DNA of 64,000 nucleotides from Phoronis australis (lineage: Eukaryota > Animalia > Phoronida): positions 923,552 to 987,551 of the forward strand of contig NMRA01000045.1 in the NCBI GenBank assembly GCA_002633005.1, in the 5' to 3' direction. The notes beneath the pieces are model-generated. The model searched no databases. It was not told where the DNA came from and saw only the letters and a list, made by a program, of their open reading frames with translations. How positions within the stretch are numbered: position 1 is the stretch's first letter; the number at the start of each line of letters is the position of its first letter. A program made the position numbers and the translations under genes. Shown in pieces: positions 28,901 through 40,900 of this stretch.

Positions 28901-31900
28901 TTTCTCTCATTAAACTCAGTCTACAGAATGCTCTGGTGGTATTTCGCTGGTTTTATTGTAATTTTGATTTTGCGTACTTTATTCAGGACGACACTGCTAA
29001 CCTTTCGGCAAGCACAAACAGTTTTCGTAGATCCAGAGACTATGCAGCCACTACAACAACAGACTTGTCTTCTTCAACAGGTAAAGCAATTTGTGTCCTG
29101 AATTCCCCTTAAAGGTTTTATAGGGCATTACAGACAGGTGTGCATACTTAACCAAATATCGGCAAAACTGTAGATCTTGACTCGGTAAAAGTATTTATTT
29201 TAAAGAGAACACTTGTACAATTTGATTTTTTGAATTTTTACCAATCTAATATAAAGTGGGTCACGTGACCTGTCTTTAGTAAAATTTAGCAAAAAAAGAA
29301 AGGTTGCAAAACAGTATCAATGACTTATCAAATTTTATTTGATGTAAATCATAAATGTTCAAGGTGGGATCTCAAAAACCCTGGAACATTGTTTCATTTT
29401 TGTTTCATACAATTTAACATTTTTTCATGGATATCATATAAGTTCTGTTTTTGATAGCTCTTCGTGCAAAGTAGAACATTTTGAATTCAATTCCTAACAT
29501 TGTAATGTAGAACAGTGCATAAAGCATAGTATCTGAAAGTTTTGTCTAAGACATGATGTTCTGAGCTTGGCCAGATTTGGACGTTTTTCTCTGGTCCTAC
29601 ATAATCTAAACCTCTCGTATACAGTCACTGTTAGTTACAATGGTGGAATGTTAACTTTGTTCTGAGCCATTTCACATTTCTCGAAGAACAACCAGTATAG
29701 CTAGTGTTGAGACGACCAATATTTCCTATATTTGTCCCAGAAGTCACTGTTGAGAAGCCATATATTGGTACCAGAACTTATTGATACTGAAAAGTTTTTA
29801 AAAATGCTAAAGGTCTATAGAACTGATGTCTCTTGTGTGATATGCAAAAATCCAGAAAACCTTAAAAATGGAAACATTTAACGACTAATTGTAGAATTTC
29901 GTGTTTTCCCTGTCTATGTAATGTCGCACAAGGCAAGATCTATGCGTTATTTAACAACTAACTTAATACCACAAAATGAAATTGTTGTGCGGAACCTGGT
30001 TTTGTTTTAAGGAAGAAACATTTATTCAAAAGTAATGATGTAGTGCTAAGTTCCCATCTATGTATCTAGTGCAGCAGCATATCTTCAACTCAAGCATGGC
30101 CCATCTGCATTTCAACCGGTTTCCTTCCCATCAACCCCCCAGCCTCAAATTGCGCAGATCCCTTTTGTCTTTAACACATCCACCCACCCCGTTACGTACT
30201 CCGTAGATATTCACAGTTGCCTCATCCATGATAAGCACTAAAAAAGCTGGTTTGCCTGTTGTTGTATCCGTAACAGCTGCTCTAGATGTTAACCTGACTA
30301 GTTGTATGACTCCGCTGTGTTGCAAGAGTGACGATTGACTTTTGATATTGCCATTGGTGGTTGGTTTACTGCATGTGATTTAACATTATGCATTTGCAAT
30401 CAGCTGATTATGTAGCTACTACTAGTTAGATAGAAAGTCCACTAGTCGCCTGATGTACGAAATACTAATGCCTTTTCATGTGTCAGGTCCTATGCTACAC
30501 CTGTAAGTAGTCACCATCTGTGAGACCATATGTAAGTGATTGAATTTTCAGTAGCCTGTGCTAATGACGAAGAGCTTCTCTTTTTATCGTCTGAATAAAC
30601 TGAGAATGTAAATCCGCTCACTAGCATGGGATTTTTCATGGGATGAGAGTCTCACTAGACCTGACAACATCAATTTTGATGTAACTCCAGTGTTTCATTT
30701 GCACCACCTTCACTTCTGTGTCAGTCATTGAAACAACGTAGAGAAGATTGGTTAGGTTAAAGGTGTAGAAATCTGTGATTTGCATCGTCATGTTGAATAT
30801 TACCTGTTGACCACACACACACACCCACAACCNCACGCACACACACACACCTTTGATCTCTACTTTCCAAAATGCCATGTAGCCGTTGGTTTAATTGCCT
30901 GTGGATTGTACGGAATGAAGTTAGTGTAAGAAAACCAAATTTTCTGTGTGGAGAATTGATTAATTCACTTGAGGGAGTGAAACTTGATCATCTATCCAAA
31001 AGTTGGTCTATCTGGAAAATTAAGCAGCAGAATTTATGGCAGTTCAACTGAAGGACTGCTTTCAGGGACCCTGAAATCCTCAAATTCATGCTAAGGTTAA
31101 CCATGTCTCAGATGTTTGAACACGTCCTCCTAGGACGTACTGCAATTCTGAAAAACATAGACGTGTCAACTCACCTTATTTTGGTATTGTGGGTGTTATT
31201 TCTCACCTGACAAAGGCAAAATTAAAGCATAGTGCTGCCATACTTCTCAGGGGGGTTAAATTCCATATTTCGCATTTTGGTCTTTGCCTACTACACATCT
31301 ACAAAAATGTAGGGATCCCTTATTAGTTTCACCACACAGACGCCTAAACAAAGGCAGTACTGGCAAAAATGCGAAATTATAATCGTTAATTATGTTGTCA
31401 TTATGAAATTTTATGCTATCCGCTATTACTTAACACTAAAATTACAATTTAAAATTCAAAAGCAAAATGGACTCTAAAATTAAATACTGATCTGTTCTTT
31501 GAAAAAAGTTATATTCACTGGTTTCATAAGTTAATAACTACTACATTGCGGCTTTGTGTTGAGCTCCCTATTTAGTTCATTCAGTTTTTGCTTAACACTG
31601 CTGGTCCATGTCCCCTACGTCTGCTTTGCATGGCTTCATTAATCCAGTGGCTACCACGCTAACACTCTCTCATTCTAGGTTATATCCCACGCAGTCAGCG
31701 CTTGTCTGCTCAACTTACAGATGCAGCAACGACTAGCAGCGCCACCACCACCGCTACCACCACTACCACCTCGTTGCCAACGAGGACGTCCTACAGGCAG
31801 CGCCAGCTAGCGGCTGAAGAGGACAAAACAGATGCTGCCAAAGTCGAGGATAAGAAAGTTGAAGAAAAGAAAGAAGGTGAGTGAATTGCTTCAGGGAAAA

Positions 31901-34900
31901 TCTGGAGCCCAGATATAATGCTTTTTTGCGCTTTCTGGATTTAATCCCAATTATTTTTACATTATATTTTCCATAATAAACGTTTTGAAAAAGTTGTTGG
32001 AGTACAATGTCCTTGTGTTGCTATAGCAACTTCTGACAGTTGGAAGAGATATGTGAGTTGACAGACTTGTAGCCATTGTGCTATTGGGCTATGCCAGTTT
32101 CACCTTTTGGCTATGTGGGAACAGTTATATCTATGTCATCAACAGAAGTGATAATTGTTTTATTTTACATAGGAACTCTGAAACTTCTACCATGGACTAG
32201 TTTTGCTCTTTGAATTCTTTCTGGAAGTATGTAAGGTTACAGTTGATGTTGCCTAGGATGGCCTCCAGTTCAGTTATATTGTAGCATTTTCTGAAAGTGA
32301 AAGGACAGTGTATCTTCTTTCAGACATTGTTTTTGTCAGTCATTTTTCCTGCTTTCTTTCTTTCCGTACAGCCACTCTATTTTCAGATGTGCCATTTTGA
32401 CTACGGTAATGTGTTCCATTGCAGCTAATTTGTGCTTAAAGTCTCATGCAGTGCTCATTAGGTCAGAACTAAAATTACAAACTTCAACTGAAATAAATCA
32501 AGTTGGCGCCTGTTAATGTCCTGGTTGAAAATGTCGATGAACACTGTTCAATCCATGCAGCTGTTATCATTTGAAAATTTTGAAAATAGATGAGTGTGTT
32601 GAAGGAGCAGATCAAATGGTTCCAGCCCAAAAGAGGAACCACTACATTGGCTTCCAGAGATATCGCTGCTGCATGTGACTTTTACACTTTAAGTGCAACG
32701 CAGTGTCAAGATGCCAACATGCATTTCTACTTGTCACTGAATATTATTGATTAGAAATAGTCATTCATCTCGCTACGTCTTTGATCTGTGTTTCATTACT
32801 AAGTTTACCATTTGTGATTTGGTGCATTACTGTCGGATTTATATTTATTCAAGATATTAGAGTTGGAAGTGGACAAGTGCTTTAAGCAGTGGTAATGACG
32901 GCGTGCGCTGTTTGCGTGCTTGCTAAACAACGCGTGCCGCCGTGGTTCTCTTGCAGATGCCAACAACGGCCTTGACCCTCACGAGCGTCGCTTAGCGTCC
33001 ATACGAGAGCGGCGGCGAGAACGGCGCTCGTCGGCGCTAGCGCAGAACATCAATGTAAGTGGCCGTACGCACGACACTGCATCCTGTAGGCACAGACTCT
33101 CATGGGTAGTCATTGTCATTCTCTTCTCTCCTCAGACTTGTTTTCTTTTGCACGTTTATTGTTCACTAACCCGCCTATTTGCTTTTGAACGTAGACGACC
33201 TGTTCAGCGGTCGCAGCAGCTCCGGCATCCGCGCCCGACGCCGCAGAATAGAGCGCCGCCCTACTGGCAAGGTCCCTAGCGACATCAGCGAGGATGTAAG
33301 TTGCGCGTGTGAGCACAGGAAATCGCGACACTCGGTCTTTCTATATGATGGCATTGTGTTTCTAAATTCCTCAAGTAATGCGCCATTTTGCTTTGAGGAG
33401 AAATCAACTAATATTTGGTTATTTTAATCGTCCAAAGCATAATAGGCTGTAGTAACTGTATAATGTAGCTCTACTTCTAGAGTCTTGAATAGTTAAGTCT
33501 AGCTGTACTGAAACCAATTGTCTAGCAGGTTACACTGTCAGTAATCTTGAATCGCATGAAGTTCCCGTTAAGGGCTAAAACATCCAGTTCTTGTTGCTGA
33601 ATGATAAAACTTCTGCATGACTGTCAGTGATAGAAAAACTAATTTGTTTACTTTAGAATGCAAGTACTAAGCTCGTAGACAAGAGTGTGCATCATGTGTT
33701 TGTTCCTCTTATTCGTCAGTGAAAGCTCTTACTTGCAGTTTCATTATTGTTAACTTTTCAGTCAATCCCAGTGCAATAAGTCTGAAGTTTTGCAATATGC
33801 GGACAGCACGGTATTTTGGTTCAGTTTTAGAGGTGAAGACAATCACCGTCTCAAGGGTACCACAGCAACTTGGCATTAGAGGGAGTGACATACAATTGAA
33901 TGGTGTCATTTTTAGCTAAAAATGTTTTGCTGGGTTTACTTTTTTCTAAATAACACTGCTGGAGAAAATTACTCCAGAGCAGTTTATCGTTTGGTAGTAA
34001 AGATCTCTAGTGGCATGTCCCCCCTCCCCCTCCCCCTATTCAGAACTGGTCACGTACACCTAGCCGAGCATGGCTCACCTTACTAACTGCGTCTCCTCTA
34101 ATCAGGGCTTGGAATTTTCCGCGGAAACGCGGATTTCCGCTTTTTTCAAATGTGCTTTCCGCTTTTTTTATAATATTTCCGCGTAAAAAAATCGGATTTG
34201 ATATAAAATTTCAACGGCAAATTCCTTTCTTACTGCGGCGTTGCAGACGACGTTCACCTCGAAAAGCGGAAGTTGCTCTTTATATTTCGGAGGAACGTAA
34301 ATTGTCAACATTGCCGGGGCATCTGGGACAGCGTGGTGGGATTTTCAATGGCGTCTCGTGTTATTGTTAAGCGCGGCGACAAATACTACCGCTCTGCAGC
34401 CAAAAATGTGTGGGTTGGGAGTGGACGGGCGAGCTAAAAGGACGCAGACGCATGCTACTGATGGTGGTAACGTTTGTTTTTTAGTCCTCCCGATTTTTGT
34501 TGGGGAAAGGTTCACATTGACCATTTCAAGGCTGGTTATCGGGCATGATAAAGTTTCAAAGTTTCCGCGTTTTTTGTCATTGGTCATTCCAAGCCCTGTC
34601 TAATACAGTTTGTAGTTTGGTGTTGTGTTGGCTTTCACCTGCTTACACTTCTCCCACTGTAGTGACATCACGTAGGTCAGAGGTCAGAGGTCAGGATTGT
34701 ATGTTGTTGCAAACACCCACTGATGGTCACATTATGGAGGAGATGTGTGCTAAATGTCATGGGTGTTTTCACTCAATGTTTTGTGGTGGTTCACCTTGAA
34801 TTAATATGTTTTGTGATGATACACTTTGAATTAATTTAGACTTCATCACTTCATCATAATAAATACTTGGTACGTACAGAGTATCCCCTTCTCCAAAGCT

Positions 34901-37900
34901 TCATAGTAGTCAACATATCTATCTATACAATGCATGTTGATATTTTTGACTCACCTATCAGTGTTAACTTGAGAACTTCAATTGTTAGAAAAAATTCAAA
35001 TGTCGTGTAATTTTGGTAAATTGCAATTTTTCTTGGTTTACCATCATTTTCATTTTAATCAATGTAGAGAAAACCCTACTAAATTAAACGATATGTCTCT
35101 ATCTTAAAGCAGTACATATCAAAGCACACAGTCATATTTTCAACTTCTTGGACATCAGGCATGAACTTCTTTCTTCTGTACATCCTTGTGAATGAAGAGT
35201 TGAGTGCTTAATGTTGTTGTGTTGAATGTTGTGTAATGGCATGCTGGTGTGGCTTCGGTCATTCCTCTTCAATCCGTGTGATGCTGTTCTGCAGTTCATT
35301 GACAGCATGCTCCCTACCTCATCTGTCTGTGTCATTCTCCGCAGGCAAAAGAGGACAGCACTGAGGAAACGAAGAAGGAACCAGCAAAAACAGAGCCAGA
35401 AGACACCTCGGTAAGTGGCGTTGAGTTTTTCTGATTGTTGCGAGAATGAGCAATTTGGAATTTGTCGGGTTGCAATGGCGAATCAATGATTCAGCCTGCA
35501 TACAAGCGAGCATTCACATAGGATCATGGAACCCTTATCCAACGACTGCTTGTGTAATGTAGACAGTTTGCTGTTGTTACACTATCCAGGTAAATAAATA
35601 GGAAGCCAAGGCTTAGGATTTGCTCTTCTTAGTGAATATTGGGCCGTTAATATCTTGTAACACCATCAGTTAGTATCCTGAGAATATTGCAATGGTTTCT
35701 TTTGACCGTTGGTTTCCTGTGTGGTTTGGACCTTCTAGAAGCAGGCAGGCACACAGCAGTTGACATGCCCAAGATTCCAGTGATCCTTATGTACTGTCAA
35801 TATCTGTAGTTTGATTCTTATGTACTGTCATTATCTGTAGTTTGATTCTTATGTACTGTCATTATCTGTAGTTTGAAGGCTGGCTCAATGGTTGGCCCCT
35901 CTTTTGTTGGATATTCTCTTTGGTCAACCATTGGTAGGTGTTACTGTAGCAACTCTGGTGTTGCCATGGTGATGGGAGGCATCAACTTACTGGGGATTGT
36001 TCTGTAAACACTTGGCTTGTGGAACAGAAATAACATTTTTTATTACTTGCTAGCTTAATCCCATGAATTAACATTTCTGTATCACCGACCAATCATTTCA
36101 GTAGCGGTCATTTTGCTAGTGTTCACAAGTAAGGTCTTGTGTTTATTCGTCAAACGCTCACCTTTCACTCATTGATTTCTTGTGGTATTGTGTGATCTCG
36201 CTTTTCTTGCTAGAAGCTGAGAGCAAATCTCTAGCGGCAGCTCAGAGTCCTGGTGATTTCTGAAAATGTCATGCTCAGTGCTACCACTGTTAAAGTTAGA
36301 TTATTAGATAAAAACTTGTTGAAGAAGACTGCTTTCTTGTAGTGTGAAGTGTCACTAACCAAATCTGTGGTATTGGCAACTTACATTCCTTTCAATAGAA
36401 AGGTAATATTGGAGATGTTGTCAACCCCATGCTCAGAAATACTGCTTGCCATCAGTTCTCAGTGCAGTTTCGGGGAAAACGGTTTTCTTGGATCTGATAA
36501 TATTTCAATAAATGATTGCCATATTGAAAAGCAACTGCCCACTGATTTCCCCCGTCCTCAAATTAGCTGAGCTTATCGTCCCTAAGCATCTCCTTAATTA
36601 GAAACAGTTGTTTGGCCAAGATTGGTGGGGTAGCGTGGCAATTGAACCAATCAAGAGGAGAATTCAGCCTCATCGCTTGCAAAATGTCAAGAGTTGACCG
36701 TTGAGAAATGCAGCTTTGAGATTGATGATTTGACTTGTAAAACTCCTGTCTAGTGTTCATTTAGTACACTTGCATGGTCATAGTGAACAGGGGAACTTTG
36801 TAGAATTGAAAGTGTTACGCTACTTTGTTAAAGAGTCAATTAACTTGCGCCTTTTTTCTAAAACCAGCTGATGCCATAGACCACTTAGTGTTATAAAATT
36901 GGTCTGATTACTGGAGGAATTTTTTCTGAAGTTTGGATTGTATGTAGATCTATGTCTGTCAGCAGCTATCTAGAATATTCCATCCATTTTTTTGCTGCAA
37001 CTGATCATTCTCAAGTTATCCAAGATTTTGTGATGTCATCTGTTTACTTGATTGACTCCCCGCTGCACTTTTGTATGTCTATCATATGCATATTACGGGT
37101 AACANTGATTTGACTTGTAAAATTCCTGTCTAGTGTTCATTTAGTACACTTGCATGGTCATAGTGAACAGGGGAACTTTGTAGAATTGAAAGTGTTACGC
37201 TACTTTGTTAAAGAGTCAATTAACTTGCGCCTTTTTTCTAAAACCAGCTGATACCATAGACCACTTAGTGTTATAAAATTGGTCTGATTACTGGAGGAAT
37301 TTTTTCTGAAGTTTGGATTGTATGTAGATCTATGTCTGTCAGCAGCTATCTAGAATATTCCATCCATTTTTTTGCTGCAACTGATCATTCTCAAGTTATC
37401 CAAGATTTTGTGATGTCATCTGTTTACTTGATTGACTCCCCGCTGCACTTTTGTATGTCTATCATATGCATATTACGGGTAACATTTTTGAAGTTAGCGC
37501 ATAGTATTTACGGTGTGAAAAACATGAGGCTTATTCTATTTGAAAGAAATTGGATGCGAGATGAGCATTTTTTCTGAGTAATGGTTTATGGAGCCCTAGC
37601 TCCAGTACTTTGAGGGAATTTTGAAGTTAATTTAAGGATAGATCTCAACATGTGCTATCTGGGGTTTGTCATCCGTTTCTCGCTGCGACCTTCGAGATCT
37701 TTTGATTTGTTGACCGCTGTTTTATTGTCTAATTCCTCATTACACTTATGTTGGTTTATCCTTTATTGTGAAATAATATGTTACTCAATCACTTCCATCA
37801 CTCACCGTCGTTATTGTCATTGTTTTCCATTCATTTTCGCCAAGCGTTATGACAAGATTGTGTTTTTCTAATAATTTTTGTCGTTGTCATTCTTCACCAT

Positions 37901-40900
37901 CACCATTATCCTGCGCCAGCACATTTTGCATTTCATTTTGCCAAGTGTCACCCTCTGGAGCACTTTCATTTTGCACCTTGCTCAGATTGGAACTGACTTG
38001 GAAGAACTGGCACATTGTCTGTCCATGTTGAAATCAGATCAATTATGTTCCTTGTTACAGTCAGATAGGTTCAGTTGCCTAGGGAGTATGACTGTCTCAG
38101 CAATTACAAGGGTTACATTAAAATCAATTTCGATTCAAACGCAAGATGAGAACGCCACAGTGTTGCTTTGGAAGAGCAAACCGAGGTGCGAAGAAGTTGA
38201 TATTTTAACATCAGAACATTGTTTACATCGGCTTGACGTAGGTAACGTAACAATTGGATGTGAAATGGCTGGTTTGGTTCTTGCGCGTTATTAGCTCAGT
38301 TTTCATATGATAGTGTTCAGAAGCATCCCATGATGCCATTGAATCACTGCGTTTGTTTCTCATGTCAAGAAATACTATTGCTTGTAAATTTCAAAAATAG
38401 CCAAAAGATGAACCGTTATCATGAATGCGAGTGACTTGACTGACCAGTATTCATGAACATCAATACTGGGTAGTGTTCAATAATGCCAGGACCTCGCTGG
38501 TAAAGCAAAACTGTGTAAAATATTGCTGTGTATTTTAAATGAAAACAGAATTTTGGCTAGATTTTTGTAACCTAGATTTTTTGTAACCGCGAGACAAATA
38601 CTGCATTCAACCCTGGTGTCCGCAACGTTGGTGGTCAAGTTCATGTGGTCTATAATAACTGTGATTGAAAGTGTTAAGTGAGTGTTTTCTAGGAATGTCC
38701 TCCAGAAAAGGGGTTGGTACAGATGTGTCGCCCATTCTGGTAGGCACTTTGCCCTCTTAGGTTTATAGTGTTTTTCTTCAGGTGGGCAATGGCATTTTGT
38801 CCATTCAGTAACCATCTCGTATCTTGATGTAGAGGGTATTGCCTTGTGTGTAAATTAAAGATAAGTATAATGACTGGGAGAAACTCAGTTCTTTTTCATT
38901 TGCTATTGTCGCAGGTTTCCATTTTCCTTGCTTCTCAGGTATTACGATAGTCAGGTGGTTTTTGAATGTGTAGTTATAACCCCCTACCCTTTCTTTGGAA
39001 GGGAGGCCCCCTCCTTGGTTTCAGCTGGATTGCAAATCATTACCGTCGGCTTGTCTGCTAGGTATTCTGCTGACGTTTGCATGGATAGAAGTGAACTTTG
39101 TCTTCAAAGCAAATCTGGTTTTATGTAAACTTCGGGATTCTGAAAACAAGACTTGTATGCAGTGTTTAAAAAATTACCATGCCAACCAGGCCACAGTTGA
39201 GGAGATGCTGGTGTGCGTAGACTCTCCTTGTGTTGTCTAGCTGCACTGCCCACCTGCTGGTCATGCCTCGGTCTGTTGAGACGCAGGTATGTTGTTGAGC
39301 CAGATGTACGGGTGTTTTTCATAGAAAACATCTTCTGTCCCAGCCATTCAGCATGCCTTTGTACCATTGGTTTGAGTGCAAGTGACTAGCTGAAGGTTTT
39401 GTAATGGTGTTTGGAACAGCTGAGCAATGATCCCTGCTTAGAATAACATGCACACACAGAGATATTGTTGTTTATTTGTTCGAGATTGCTATCTGTATTC
39501 TGCTCTTCTTAGGCAAATATGTGATTGGAACAATTGTGGCTAGTGTTCATTGACATTGTTAAGAAATGGTCGTGAAAGATGTGCCACTTGAAAAAATGTG
39601 AGAATGGACTTGGATCAATTTACTTAGTGTTTCTTGGGAGGTCTGTAATTCTTCGGTCTTTTTGAGTGCCTTGGATTGGATTCTTTTGAAGTTGTGAACT
39701 CTTTGTTAACTTTTCCGAGGAGCTTAACATCTTTTCAATTATTGAGTTGTTGTGTCTGGTTGGAGTTCCCGGCTGATTCCAGTGCCAAATTACCAACGAG
39801 GAAATGAGAAGAGATAATGACCGGAGACTATTTCTGCTTGTGATGTCAGAGGGAAGGTGAAAGAGTCAGCCATAGGGTTATAAATGGAGTCTTTCAGCAT
39901 ACAGAGGTAACTGCTGGCTAATTTGCGGACCTGTGCTGTAGAGTGAGTGTGTTGGCTATTTATAGCCGGCCACCATCTGTCGAACAGATTTGATTGGTTT
40001 GAGTTCTATTGGCAGTTCTGTGCAGGGGAGAGAGAGGTCACAAGTCTGCCAGCACACCTGGATGAGAGTGTCTTGCTGGTGGATTTACAGGTTCTCTACA
40101 GAGCCAGATTGCTGTTACAAGGTGCAAGTTCAGGGGAGGAGGAAGTTGTGTAGGATTGTATAGATGAGCTGCTGCCTACTACAGTTGGGTCCAACTAACT
40201 GATCCTGTGCAATCTTGTTGTCAGGCACCAAAAAGGATTTTAGCTAACAGCGAGAGCCTATGACTGGGATGACCTGATAAAAGGTATTGGATACTGGTGA
40301 CAAGATTGGATTTTTGTTGTTCCAGAGGTCGTTTGAAATTTTCTTCTTGTGACAATAATTTAGAAAGGATTTTACTTTGATGCCGCGGTCAGTTTAGTAT
40401 AGAACAGTTGTGCGATTTCCCTTGCCTGTGTTTGTAGTCAGGTCCACTTGAACCACTTCTAGAGTTATCAAGGCCAGTGTCCCTGAGGCTGAGTAGGAGA
40501 ACCGCTTGACCTACCAAGTCTGGCATTGTTTATATCTGGTGATTAATTGGCTGCTGGCTGCACACAGGCGGCTCTGGTGTTGGAGTGAGTGATCCTAACC
40601 TTACTGGGGTTGATGGACTGTCTGTTGGTGTTAGACTCAGCTGTTGGTTGTATTGTTTGAGTGGAATAACTTTATAGAGTACAATAAGCGTAATGATCGG
40701 TCAGGAAACTCAGGAAGCAATATATTGTTCATCGTTCGTTGTACGGGTAAAACACTAAGACTGTGAAACGTGCAATACTGAGGTCGATTTGCGAGTTGGA
40801 TTTTAACTGTGCTTTAAGTCGTTTCAAGCTCATCCGCCGCCGTTTGTTGACACAATTTCGCACCTTGAAGTATTTAAGGTGTGAGTGGTTGTTCTCAGGG

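Noticed and set aside
30207-30502. Possible small exons at 30217-30249 and 30487-30502
   Set aside because: The 16-nt candidate breaks frame between phase-1 neighbours; the 33-nt candidate has a weak GTTTGC donor and no supporting similarity.
36726-37484. 379-bp near-perfect tandem duplication as a biological event
   Set aside because: The copies abut a single N and differ at only two seen positions, typical of overlapping allelic contig ends joined in scaffolding.
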